Source of the DNA: Candidatus Microgenomates bacterium
GTDB lineage: Bacteria; Patescibacteriota; Microgenomatia; UBA8517; JACQJR01
NCBI GenBank assembly: GCA_016204995.1
Contig: JACQJR010000001.1
Location: forward strand, 369,132 to 433,131
Length of the DNA: 64,000 bases
Direction: 5' to 3'
Part shown: one piece after another, positions 47,819-56,956 of the stretch
Numbering within the stretch: the stretch's first letter is position 1
How the letters are laid out: each line of letters opens with the position of its first letter
The notes under the pieces: generated by a model
Seen by the model: the letters and a program-made list of their open reading frames with translations, nothing else
What the model was told of the DNA's origin: nothing
Database searches by the model: none
Program-made: the position numbers and the translations under genes

Positions 47819-49730
47819 TTACCACTTCTCCCTCTTCCACATTCTCTTTCTTTTTATCTTCTTTTTTTTCTTCCGCTTTCTCATCGGATCCGGCTTCACC
47901 GGAGGAGGCGGCTTCACCCTGTGGCTGAGCTTGTTGGTACATGGCACTTCCAACTTGCTGTAAAACTTCAGAAAGAGATTTGGTAGCCAGTTCCAACTGA
48001 TCTTTGCCAGCATCTTCTTGGGCCAGCAGTTCTTTCACTTTCTTCACCTCGTCTTCTACTTTAGTTTTGACATCGGCCGACACTTTATCTCCCGCATCTT
48101 TTAAAGTTTTATCGGCAGTAAAAACCAACGCATCAGCATTGTTTCTGGCTTCAATCGTTTCCTTTTTGGCTGCATCTTCGCTGGCGTGCTTTTCTGCCTC
48201 TTCTTGCATCTTCTTGATTTCACTATCTGACAAACCCACCGCCCCGGTAATGGTAATTTTCTGTTCCCGGTTGGTCGCTTTATCGTGTGCTTTTACATTT
48301 AAGATGCCGTTCGCGTCCATATCAAAAGTTACTTCAATTTGGGGAATGCCGCGTGGTGCCGGCGGAATACCATCTAAAATAAACCTGCCTAAAGATTTGT
48401 TATCAACAGCTAATGGCCGCTCACCTTGAGTGACATTAATCTCCACTTGAGTTTGATTATCAGCCGCCGTGGAGAAAATTTGGCTTTTGCTGGTGGGCAC
48501 CGTGGTATTTCGCGGAATCATGGGGGTAGCCACTCCGCCTAAAGTCTCAATAGATAAACTCAAAGGCGTCACATCCAGCAGTAAAATGTCTTTGACTTCA
48601 CCTGATAACACCCCGCCTTGAATGGCCGCGCCGATTGCCACCACCTCATCCGGATTAACCCCCTTATGCGGCTCTTTGCCGAAAAATTCGTGGACTACTT
48701 CCTGAACTTTGGGCATTCTGGTCATTCCCCCTACTAACACCACCTCGTCTACTTTTTTGGAATCTACTTTGGCGTCTTTCAAACAAGCCGCGACTGGCTT
48801 CATCGTCTTCTCAATTAAATCACCCACCAAAGCTTCCAATTTGGCCCGAGATAATTTCATGGTCAAATGCAAAGGAGTGCCGTCTTTTTGAGTAATGTAG
48901 GGTTGGTTAATTTCAGTTTCGGTGGCGCTGGAAAGTTCAATCTTGGCTTTTTCGGCCGCATCTCGTAATCTTTGTAAGGCTTGAGGGTCTTGCCGCAAAT
49001 CAGTACTGTATTCTTTCTTAAACTCATCGGCAATCCAATTCATAATCACCTGATCAAAATCGTCTCCGCCTAAATGGGTATCGCCGTTAGTAGCTTTAAC
49101 TTCAAAAACACCTTCGCCCAATTCCAAAATAGAAATATCAAAAGTGCCGCCGCCCAAATCGTAAACGGCAATGGTGTGGGCATTTTTCTTATCAAGACCA
49201 TAGGCCAAGGCCGCCGCGGTTGGTTCGTTAATAATCCGCTCCACTTTCAACCCGGCAATTTCCCCGGCCTGTTTAGTGGCAGTTCTTTGATTGTCGTCAA
49301 AATAAGCAGGAACCGTAATAACGGCCCGATCAACTGTTTCGCCTAAATAACTTTCCGCATCTTTTTTCAATTTTGTCAAAATGCGAGCAGAAATTTCCTG
49401 AGGAGAATAAGCTTTCCCTTCTACCACCACTTCAGCCAAACCATCTTTGCCGGCGCGAATCTCATAAGGCACCATTTTCTTGGTTTTTTCTACTTCGGGA
49501 TCGCTAACTCTGTGGCCCATCAATCTTTTAATGGAATAAATGGTGCTCTTGGGGTTTAAAATCATTTGCCGTTTGGCCACATCACCTACCAAATTTTTAA
49601 CCGGCTCAACAACGGATGGGGTAATATTGCGGCCAGTATCAGCCGCCGGAATCACCTTGGGCTGTCCGCCTTCCAAAACCGCGACGACCGAATTAGTCGT
49701 TCCTAAATCAATACCGATTATTTTACTCAT
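47814..49730 (-). CDS. dnaK: chaperone DnaK
   Basis: [23 protein letters not shown]; start MSKII at 49730. Confidence 0.99.
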   Translation of the reverse strand: MSKIIGIDLGTTNSVVAVLEGGQPKVIPAADTGRNITPSVVEPVKNLVGDVAKRQMILNPKSTIYSIKRLMGHRVSDPEVEKTKKMVPYEIRAGKDGLAEVVVEGKAYSPQEISARILTKLKKDAESYLGETVDRAVITVPAYFDDNQRTATKQAGEIAGLKVERIINEPTAAALAYGLDKKNAHTIAVYDLGGGTFDISILELGEGVFEVKATNGDTHLGGDDFDQVIMNWIADEFKKEYSTDLRQDPQALQRLRDAAEKAKIELSSATETEINQPYITQKDGTPLHLTMKLSRAKLEALVGDLIEKTMKPVAACLKDAKVDSKKVDEVVLVGGMTRMPKVQEVVHEFFGKEPHKGVNPDEVVAIGAAIQGGVLSGEVKDILLLDVTPLSLSIETLGGVATPMIPRNTTVPTSKSQIFSTAADNQTQVEINVTQGERPLAVDNKSLGRFILDGIPPAPRGIPQIEVTFDMDANGILNVKAHDKATNREQKITITGAVGLSDSEIKKMQEEAEKHASEDAAKKETIEARNNADALVFTADKTLKDAGDKVSADVKTKVEDEVKKVKELLAQEDAGKDQLELATKSLSEVLQQVGSAMYQQAQPQGEAASSGEAGSDEKAEEKKEDKKKENVEEGEVVS

Positions 49731-50151
49731 GTAATTCCTCCTTTTTTCCAAAAACCTTCACTTTGGCTGGCCGAATGATAAAATCCTCATTTTTCATTTT
49801 CCAGCCTGGCTGAACTACTTCGCAAATGGTATTAACCTGATCGTCTTCTACCATCTGTACTGCTTCTTCCAAAAGCGGATTAAATTTATCTCCTACTTGG
49901 ACTGCTATTACTTCTACTCCTAGATCCGCCAGAGCCGATTTAAAATCTTGAATGACTAATTCTAAACCGCTATCCTTTAAATGCTCCTGGGCCTTATTTA
50001 GCATATCAAAAACTGGCAAAATTCTCAAAACTATTTTGGCAGTTTCAATTTTTGACCAATCTGCCCGATCTGACTCAATCCTTTTTCTTAAATTATCATA
50101 ATCGGCCAGAGCTCTGGCCAGTTGAATTTTTAACTCATTTTTTTTCTGCAT
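49723..50151 (-). CDS. grpE: nucleotide exchange factor GrpE
   Basis: [24 protein letters not shown]. Confidence 0.95.
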   Translation of the reverse strand: MQKKNELKIQLARALADYDNLRKRIESDRADWSKIETAKIVLRILPVFDMLNKAQEHLKDSGLELVIQDFKSALADLGVEVIAVQVGDKFNPLLEEAVQMVEDDQVNTICEVVQPGWKMKNEDFIIRPAKVKVFGKKEELHE

Positions 50152-50155
50152 ACAA

Positions 50156-50893
50156 TTAGAAATCCCTCATCGCTTCTGATAATAAACTGCCAAAATATCT
50201 GACGCGGGGTATGACATAAGAAAAAGGCAGGCGAGCCGGCCCTACTACCCCGACTGCACAATGTCGACCTTTATTACCAATGAGAAATTTGGTGGCCACA
50301 ATCCCAATTGGCTCAAAATAGGGCCAGCCTAATTCTTCCCCGAACAGAATTGCTACCGGCTCTCCCGGTAATTTTTCAAAAAATAGTTCCTGTATTCTTT
50401 TAACTTCTTCCAAGATGGCTAAAACATGAGAGGTCACGTCAATATTATAAAATTCCGGCTTTTCTAAAATTTTAGCATAGCCGGCGTGCCAAATTGAATC
50501 GTCATCTTCTAGGGCGCCAATCGCTAAAGTACCAGTAGATTGGGCCAGAGCGCGAGTGGCTTCGCGCATCACATGATCCACGTCACGCTTTGAATCTTTA
50601 ATTCGCTCCTTAGCTGAAACCTCTTCGGTGACTGACAGCTGTTTTTCATCCATTAACTGCTGGACATAGAAACGCAAACCGCGAGAGGTGGGAATGCGGC
50701 CGGCAGAGGAGAAGGTCTGTTTTAGAAAGCCAGAACGAGTCAAAGCTACCATTTCATTACGAATAGTAGCAGGCGATACACCTAAACTATATTTTTTCTC
50801 CAGAGTTTCTGAACCGACTGGTTCAGCCGCTTCAATATATTCTTCAATTAGCGCCTTTAAAATATGAGCTTGTCTGGGAGTTAATTCGTTCAT
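50156..50893 (-). CDS. hrcA: heat-shock repressor HrcA
   Basis: YIEAAEPVGS, SPATIRNEM, SAGRIPT, GVVGPAR. Confidence 0.95.
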   Translation of the reverse strand: MNELTPRQAHILKALIEEYIEAAEPVGSETLEKKYSLGVSPATIRNEMVALTRSGFLKQTFSSAGRIPTSRGLRFYVQQLMDEKQLSVTEEVSAKERIKDSKRDVDHVMREATRALAQSTGTLAIGALEDDDSIWHAGYAKILEKPEFYNIDVTSHVLAILEEVKRIQELFFEKLPGEPVAILFGEELGWPYFEPIGIVATKFLIGNKGRHCAVGVVGPARLPFSYVIPRVRYFGSLLSEAMRDF

Positions 50894-50920
50894 ATATTTA
50901 CCCTGAGTAAAATCTAAGGG

Positions 50921-50956
50921 TTAGCACTATAATACCACGACTGCTAATCTTGTCAA
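50921..50956 (-). promoter_or_regulatory. CIRCE operator overlapping the hrcA promoter
   Basis: TTAGCACTA-N9-GACTGCTAA at 50921-50947; TTGACA at 50951-50956 on minus strand. Confidence 0.85.
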
Positions 50957-51089
50957 GGGCCAACTTAACTTTAAAAGAGGCATAAAACGTGTAAGTGCGG
51001 ATATATGTAAGTTTTCCTCAGGGTGTAAGGATAACCATAAAGATATTGTGAATATTAATCCAAAATTACATTAGATCTGAAAATAGGAG

Positions 51090-52814
51090 TTATCCTCCAG
51101 GGGGAAGAGGAATACCGTTTTCTTCCGTCGCTTCGCGAGGAACAGGTGGAGCTTCTCTTTTTAATATTTGGCCGACCCAGCGGGCTAAAATTTCCACCTC
51201 GCGAACTTTGAAAAAGACACTCATGGCAAAATAAACCAAAAAGCCGACAGTCATTACCAAGAGGGTTAAAAAGATTAAATTAATCGTATATCTGGTATCC
51301 AGCACAAATCTTTCAAAACCAGTCGGCAAGGACAAGCCTAAGTTGCCCAAGAAAGAAAGATTTTTATCCCAGACTGCCCGGTCCAAAATTTTCAGTAACA
51401 GATACATCACTAATCCTGACGCGGCAGCGGCAAAAATAATTCTCCCCACGCTCAAAAATAAATCACGTGTCAAAACTGCTACTTTTTTATTTAAAATCAG
51501 CATCAAAACCACCAGCTGCACCAAAGAGGCTAGGGAAAAAGCCAGGGCAATGCTCCATACTCCAAAACCCAGAGTTTTAATAAAGAAAAAGGCCAGTATT
51601 GCCTCAATTGACAAAGTCGCCAAAGAAGCCAGCATAGGAGTCTTGGTATTTTGCAGGGCGTAAAAAGAGCGAGTGACTAAATTTAAAACCGCTTGGGCGA
51701 CTGTACCAATGGTAAAGGCGGATAGAGCTAGTCCAGTCTGGACAGTGGCATCCCAGCTAAAACGATCCGTCCCAAAAGCCAGACGGACAAGCGGAATGCG
51801 CAACACCAAAAATACTGTGGCCAGCGGCACCACAAAAAAGAGAATTTGGGAGATAGTAAAATGAAAAGTTTTGGCAAAAGTTTCCCGATCGTTTCTAGCT
51901 ACATGAGCGCTCATTGTGGGAAGGGCCGCCTTGGCAAAGGAGTAACCGAATAAAGCCACCGGAAAAAGCTGGAGGGTGTTGGCAAAAGTTAAAAAGGTAT
52001 AAGAAGCCACCGAAATCAGGGTGGACAAGAATAACTCCACCGACTTAGTAATTTGCACTACCAATAGTTCAATTATACGAGGAGCCGCCAGCTTAATTAT
52101 TCTTCTGAAATCCGGATCTCTTAAATTAAAATAGGGTACAAATCTAAAACCTAAATTTTGGGCAAAGGGCACTTGAAAAGCAAAATGAACCCCGGCCCCA
52201 AATACCGCCCCGATCGCCGCCCCCCACACCCCTAAATGGCCCAGGAAAATGGCTCCGGCAATAATACCTAAATTATAAAAAAGCGGGGCAATGGCCGGCA
52301 CTAAAAAGCGGCCGGTCGCCTCTTGAGTACTGCTGGCAAAAAAACTCAACAGAAAAAAGCCTTGTGCTAATAATAATAAACGGGTTAACCCTGCCATTGT
52401 TTCCTGCATGGCTGGGGGAAAACCGGGAGCTAAAATCTGGGCTAGGGGAAAAGCAAAAATGAAAATAGCCAGGGAAAATAATAAAAAGGCGAACAAAATC
52501 ACAGTTTGCATTAAACTGGCTACGTACCAGGCGCGTTTAGCTTGGCCGCTGGAAAGAAGAGTAGTAAAAACCGGAATAAAAGCCGAAGCTAGCGATCCGG
52601 CCACCAAAATTTCAAAAATTGTTTCCGGTAGCCTAAAGGCGGCAAAATAAACAGATAACTCCTCTACCGAAAAATAGTCTACCAAGACCCGTTGTCTGAC
52701 TAAACCTAAAACGCGGGAAACAGCAATCATGGCCATCACCAAAAAGGCCGCCGATAAAATACTGCCCTGTTTTCGGCTTAAAAAAGCTTTGCCTCTAATT
52801 AACCACCTTTGCAT
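51090..52814 (-). CDS. murJ: lipid II flippase MurJ
   Basis: SRVLGLVR, AAFRLP, AFIPVF, RSFYALQNTKTP. Confidence 0.95.
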   Translation of the reverse strand: MQRWLIRGKAFLSRKQGSILSAAFLVMAMIAVSRVLGLVRQRVLVDYFSVEELSVYFAAFRLPETIFEILVAGSLASAFIPVFTTLLSSGQAKRAWYVASLMQTVILFAFLLFSLAIFIFAFPLAQILAPGFPPAMQETMAGLTRLLLLAQGFFLLSFFASSTQEATGRFLVPAIAPLFYNLGIIAGAIFLGHLGVWGAAIGAVFGAGVHFAFQVPFAQNLGFRFVPYFNLRDPDFRRIIKLAAPRIIELLVVQITKSVELFLSTLISVASYTFLTFANTLQLFPVALFGYSFAKAALPTMSAHVARNDRETFAKTFHFTISQILFFVVPLATVFLVLRIPLVRLAFGTDRFSWDATVQTGLALSAFTIGTVAQAVLNLVTRSFYALQNTKTPMLASLATLSIEAILAFFFIKTLGFGVWSIALAFSLASLVQLVVLMLILNKKVAVLTRDLFLSVGRIIFAAAASGLVMYLLLKILDRAVWDKNLSFLGNLGLSLPTGFERFVLDTRYTINLIFLTLLVMTVGFLVYFAMSVFFKVREVEILARWVGQILKREAPPVPREATEENGIPLPPGG

Positions 52815-52849
52815 TGAGTTTTTCCCCTTGTTGGATTATACTGTAAGAT

Positions 52850-53158
52850 ATGCCACAGACAAAATCGGCAAAACGGGCTTTAAGAGCCAGCAAGGACCGG
52901 AGATTAAGAAATGCCAAAATTTCTGCCGGTTATAAAAAGGCCATTAAGCTGGCACGCGCCAAAAATACTCCCAGCCTAATAAGCACTGCATATCAAACAT
53001 TGGATATGGCAGCTAAAATTGGCGTTATTCATTGGAAAAAAGCGGCCCGCCTAAAAAGCCAATTAGCCAAAGCTGGACAAAAGACTCCAAGTTCCACCAC
53101 TCAACCAAAAGTCAAGAAATCTTCTAAGAATGTAAGTTTGAAAAGTATTTTTAACTAA
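52850..53158 (+). CDS. rpsT: 30S ribosomal protein S20; last 9 codons and stop supplied by the 91-bp repeat
   Basis: KSAKRALR, LDMAAKIGVIHWKKAARLKS. Confidence 0.95.
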   Translation: MPQTKSAKRALRASKDRRLRNAKISAGYKKAIKLARAKNTPSLISTAYQTLDMAAKIGVIHWKKAARLKSQLAKAGQKTPSSTTQPKVKKSSKNVSLKSIFN

Positions 53159-53221
53159 CTTTAGGTTCAATTTTACAAATTTTGATAAATTTTCGAACCT
53201 AAATCATTTTTCAAACTTACA
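53131..53221. repeat. 91-bp palindromic mini-element, copy 1 (TGT...ACA)
   Basis: 14-bp terminal IR TGTAAGTTTGAAAA/TTTTCAAACTTACA, inner IR TTTAGGTTC/GAACCTAAA; identical to 55877-55967. Confidence 0.95.
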
Positions 53222-53395
53222 CTCGGAATACCGGTCCCGCCACCGTACCTGCTTGCTTGCCACCACGATGTCGCTTCTCAGGAACAAATCCATTGTCCAG
53301 GGGGCAAGAAGAAACCCAAAAGCAGGTGCTCGCGGGTTTTTTTATTTCCGGCTAACTGCCAATTCTGGGCCGATTTAGGAACGATGTTGGGGGTT

Positions 53396-53444
53396 TGGAG
53401 CGGGAGACGGGACTCGAACCCGCGACAGCCTGCTTGGAAGGCAG
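53396..53444 (-). pseudogene. 3' half of tRNA-Gly(TCC); att-site-like fragment
   Basis: CTGCCTTCCAAGCAG anticodon arm, GGTTCGAGTCC T-arm, CTCCCGC-T-CCA end; no matching 5' acceptor or D arm. Confidence 0.85.
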
Positions 53445-53755
53445 TCTGTTACGGCCTAGCTAGTCTCCGCACGGTCCTGGGGAGGAGGGTCCAGGCAGAC
53501 GGTCACCGACCATGTCCACTGGACACTAACAATATGCACTATTGGGCTGAATCTGGCAAGGCTCTGCAAGGCATTCGGTAATTATTGACGGCAAGCTACT
53601 ACCTGCCTGACGCGACTCTCTCGCGTCAGGCCGAACAACCAGTTATGCCTGTTCTTAGGAAACGGATCAGTTGTCAACCCCCCAATTCAAGGTCAAGAAC
53701 GGCGGTATTCAGAATACCTGTCTTATAATGAGGTCGGCAGGCAGGGCCGCAAATC

Positions 53756-54040
53756 ATGAGCAAGGAGGCAGAGCCACAGCTACATACATCATCAGAAGTA
53801 AGACCATCGAACCCCGCGGTCTCTAACATCCTGCGGGGCATACATCATAGCTTTCGAAGACCCAGGGCGTTAGAAGTCGCTCTATACTCTGTCCCGGTAC
53901 TTGCCGGAGCCGCAAATTGCTATTTGTCGAAACAATTGGCTTCCAGTGACCTAGCTGAGCGCAGAGCAGCGCTCGGTACCATGCTGATTGTCACTGGGGT
54001 ATGGGGCTTGGCTCTCCGTTTGAGGAATTTAAAGCCTTGA
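53756..54040 (+). CDS. hypothetical small membrane protein (cargo)
   Basis: 94-aa ORF with two hydrophobic stretches. Confidence 0.5.
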   Translation: MSKEAEPQLHTSSEVRPSNPAVSNILRGIHHSFRRPRALEVALYSVPVLAGAANCYLSKQLASSDLAERRAALGTMLIVTGVWGLALRLRNLKP

Positions 54041-54653
54041 ATAGGCAAACAAGTGCTTCAATAGCCACTGAAGTGAGTATACTACCCAGCAACACAATCG
54101 ATATCTCTCGAAAATCCGGCAGGGCAGGTGACCCAGAGAGCTGGGAGGAATCCCGAGTTATCTCTAGGAACAATAATGCGCCCGAAGTAACCGCTCCACC
54201 TATCCAAATAATCAAAATACTCGTATTAGCGCCAAGAATTACGCAGGCAACCCGGAAGACCCCCAAGACGGATAATGTAAGAAACGAAACCAAGATAGGA
54301 TTGTTGATGCCTGCGGGTGTTCCTGATCCCACTACGCTTCCTAACCCGAGGCTTGTCCACCCCAACATAATGTACACGAACCAAATCTCCGGGAACTTAG
54401 GGTGTCCCTTATCGCCATTCGAGCAGAACACAGGCAGAGCCCACCCGGAGAATCGATTTGGCCAAACCGCTGCTAGAGTTAACGCACCGATTCCGACCGC
54501 TAATGTTAAGTTGCCACTCCGCGCAATTACCTCAAGTAGCACTTCTCGCTCGCTGCATTCGTTTGTACCTCCGATCACGCCAAGGGCAGCGACGAGCAAC
54601 AACATGAGGGCAACACGGCAGATCTGCTGCCCACGTAAAAGAATACCTAGCAT
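53991..54653 (-). CDS. hypothetical multi-TM protein (cargo)
   Basis: About 6 hydrophobic segments; co-oriented with neighbours. Confidence 0.55.
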   Translation of the reverse strand: MLGILLRGQQICRVALMLLLVAALGVIGGTNECSEREVLLEVIARSGNLTLAVGIGALTLAAVWPNRFSGWALPVFCSNGDKGHPKFPEIWFVYIMLGWTSLGLGSVVGSGTPAGINNPILVSFLTLSVLGVFRVACVILGANTSILIIWIGGAVTSGALLFLEITRDSSQLSGSPALPDFREISIVLLGSILTSVAIEALVCLFKALNSSNGEPSPIPQ

Positions 54654-54680
54654 GGCGTCCGTTTAGCTGTTCCTTCTAGG

Positions 54681-55484
54681 TCAAAATAGCTTCAGAGAAA
54701 CGAGGACATGTTGGAAAGCATCGATCATGCTGCCGTCTTCAGCTAAATCGGTACTTGAGACGCCAGTAAGATTGGCCGTCAATACCAAGAACCTCCCTGT
54801 CCTTGGGAACGCCGCGTGGACGCTCTTTCCTAGAGCACCAGCTGTGAAGAAGTGTCCAGTTACGCCGCTGACCGTAACCTCTTTGCGGTTGGCAACGGTG
54901 GGATCATCTTCTGCAGGCAGTGTATACGAATCAGTCAACACAGCTTCAATGCATTTTGGGCCACCTGGTATCTGATCGCGCAAATTGGTAGTTGGAGGGC
55001 AAAGTCTAAAACCCTTCTGGTTCGGCTGCTCGATAGCAACCTTAATCCAGTCTTTGGGGTACTCAATCGAATATCCGCCTTGGTTGTCCGTAAAAGAAGT
55101 CCATGTTGGTTCTGTGAGCGGTTCGGACGGCAAGCTATAAGCGATGTAGCCGCCAGAGGGGTCTCTAAACATCAGGGAATTGGCCGTATCTCCCTGCTGC
55201 TCGACATCTTCTGTGGAAACAGGCTTCCACCGGGCAGACGGTACGGGAGAAGGACTTGATGATACTCTTTGTCCATGATTTTGGATCATCGTTCTATCGA
55301 CCGCTCGCCACCTAACATAGTCGACGGTACCAATAAGGAGAAGTATGCCAACGACTAGCAAAGGAAGAAACGTGGGAGAATGGGCTACGACGCCGAACAC
55401 CTTTCTCATGTGGCTTGTTGGTATGTTTTCCGAACTTTCATCGGGCTTTAGTAGGTTATTGAGGCTGTCATCGGGTGGTTCCAT
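54681..55484 (-). CDS. single-TM exported protein with PsbP-like region (cargo)
   Basis: TM then WTSFTD..GYSIEYPKDW...FQHVLVSLKL. Confidence 0.7.
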   Translation of the reverse strand: MEPPDDSLNNLLKPDESSENIPTSHMRKVFGVVAHSPTFLPLLVVGILLLIGTVDYVRWRAVDRTMIQNHGQRVSSSPSPVPSARWKPVSTEDVEQQGDTANSLMFRDPSGGYIAYSLPSEPLTEPTWTSFTDNQGGYSIEYPKDWIKVAIEQPNQKGFRLCPPTTNLRDQIPGGPKCIEAVLTDSYTLPAEDDPTVANRKEVTVSGVTGHFFTAGALGKSVHAAFPRTGRFLVLTANLTGVSSTDLAEDGSMIDAFQHVLVSLKLF

Positions 55485-55510
55485 AGAAAACGATATGAAT
55501 ACTCATAATA

Positions 55511-55876
55511 TCACATGCTTTCAACAGATCCCGGATGTTCCCTGGTCGGCAGTATCTTACCCAATTCGGCAGCGATGTCATTGGTAGTAATATTCAGTTC
55601 GTCGCCAAAGGCACCCACAGTTCTGGCTGCTCTCATAGCAGCCTGACGCGCCCCTGCATTGACAGCTCCGGCGATTTCGGCCGGTGATCGTCCTGCCGCA
55701 ATTTCTACTAGGCGCTCCAGATCGACCAGGTCTGCCCCCGGCTTGCCGCTAAGATGAATTTTCAAGACAAGGCGCCTAGCATCCGGATCAGGTAATCCTA
55801 CTTCGACCTTACTATCGAAGCGGCCCGCGCGGAGCAGTGCCTCATCCAAATCGGACGGACGGTTTGTCGCTGCGAG
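55511..55876 (-). pseudogene. C-terminal fragment of a classical AAA ATPase (FtsH/Cdc48 type)
   Basis: [24 protein letters not shown] motif starts exactly at the repeat junction; Walker A and B are missing. Confidence 0.9.
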
Positions 55877-55967
55877 TGTAAGTTTGAAAAGTATTTTTAA
55901 CTAACTTTAGGTTCAATTTTACAAATTTTGATAAATTTTCGAACCTAAATCATTTTTCAAACTTACA
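55877..55967. repeat. 91-bp palindromic mini-element, copy 2
   Basis: Identical to 53131-53221 and in the same orientation. Confidence 0.95.
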
Positions 55968-56956
55968 CTCATAACGATTTCGCAAATTATAAGCGTAGTA
56001 AACATATCGAAACTGGCCCAGGCGAACAAGCACAAGTTGATTGGGCAAGTTTTGGTAAAATTGAAATTAACGGTAAAGTAAAAAAAGAGAGATTGTCCTG
56101 TTTTGTCTACGTTTTAAGTTATAGTCGGGCTTTATATATTGAATTTACTATTAAACAAAACCTTCAGACTTTAGAAGAATGTCATCTCCATGCCTTTGAA
56201 GAATTGGGTATACCTAAAACTATTGTTTATGACAATATGAAGACCGTAGTTTTAAAAAGAGAAAAATTACCTAAAGATAAATCAATAATACATTACAATC
56301 CAGCATTTGCTGATTTTGCCCAACACTATGATTTCCATCTATGGGCTTGTACGCCTCATTTACCTCGGGCTAAGGGAAAAGTAGAAAGAACAATTAGGTA
56401 TATAAGAAGTAATTTTATGCAAGGTATTAAAGTCAGACGGCAAGGGCTATCTCTGGAAGAGTTAAATAAAAAGGCATTAACGTGGTTAGAAAATGAAGCT
56501 AATGTCAGAATACATAAAGCTACTAATGAACGGCCACTGGATAGTTGGAAACGAGAAAAACCCTATCTACGATTTCCCAAAGATTATCATCCCTATACTA
56601 CCTCACCTTTCATAGTAAGATACAGCACTAAAGACGGAATGGTGCAATATAAATCAAACTTTTACTCCATACCAACAAAATTTTCTAGGAAAAAGCTCTT
56701 GGTAAGAGAAATAAACAAAAATGGCATGATTTTTCTAGAAATTTATCATGAAGATCAACTTATCACTGCTCATGGATTAAATAGAGATCGTGGACAATGG
56801 ATTACACAAGACCAACACCTTTTATCTGAAAACAAAACATCGCCTAAAAGAAAAATCAAGAAAAATTTATTTCACAAAGCAAAAATACAAAAAATAAAAG
56901 ATTTTACCAGAGGATTTGAGTACTACGAAAGGATAATTTCTACCTATAATGTCTAA
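55968..56956 (+). pseudogene. istA: IS21-family transposase IstA lacking the N-terminal HTH region
   Basis: In-frame IETGPGEQAQVDW upstream of the ORF-track start, then YDNMKT, KGKVER, HKATNERP; frame closed upstream by TAA 55946-55948 inside the repeat. Confidence 0.88.

Noticed and set aside
50990-51029. Three TGTAAG hexamers near the hrcA promoter, matching the repeat terminus
   Set aside because: Matches are only 6-9 bp, spacing is irregular (16 and 18 bp), and there is no partner IR.
577-52935. Numerous 60-180 aa ORFs opposite or inside ribosomal, rpo, pnp, dnaK and murJ genes
   Set aside because: They are antisense or alternate-frame shadows of well-identified genes.
53396-53471. Complete tRNA-Gly
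   Set aside because: The upstream GCGGAGA does not pair fully with CTCCCGC and no D stem forms; only the 3' half is tRNA-like.
53384-53581. 65-aa ORF containing WSGRRDSNPR
   Set aside because: This is the antisense translation of the tRNA-Gly fragment.
54001-54666. 221-aa plus-strand ORF
   Set aside because: It is a full antisense overlap of a hydrophobic minus-strand ORF, and its P/T/N/R-rich composition is typical of a shadow frame.
53131-55967. CRISPR array or integron attC interpretation of the 91-bp repeats
   Set aside because: Only two units, a 2.6-kb spacer and no cas or intI gene. The ends are TGT...ACA, not RYYYAAC/GTTRRRY.
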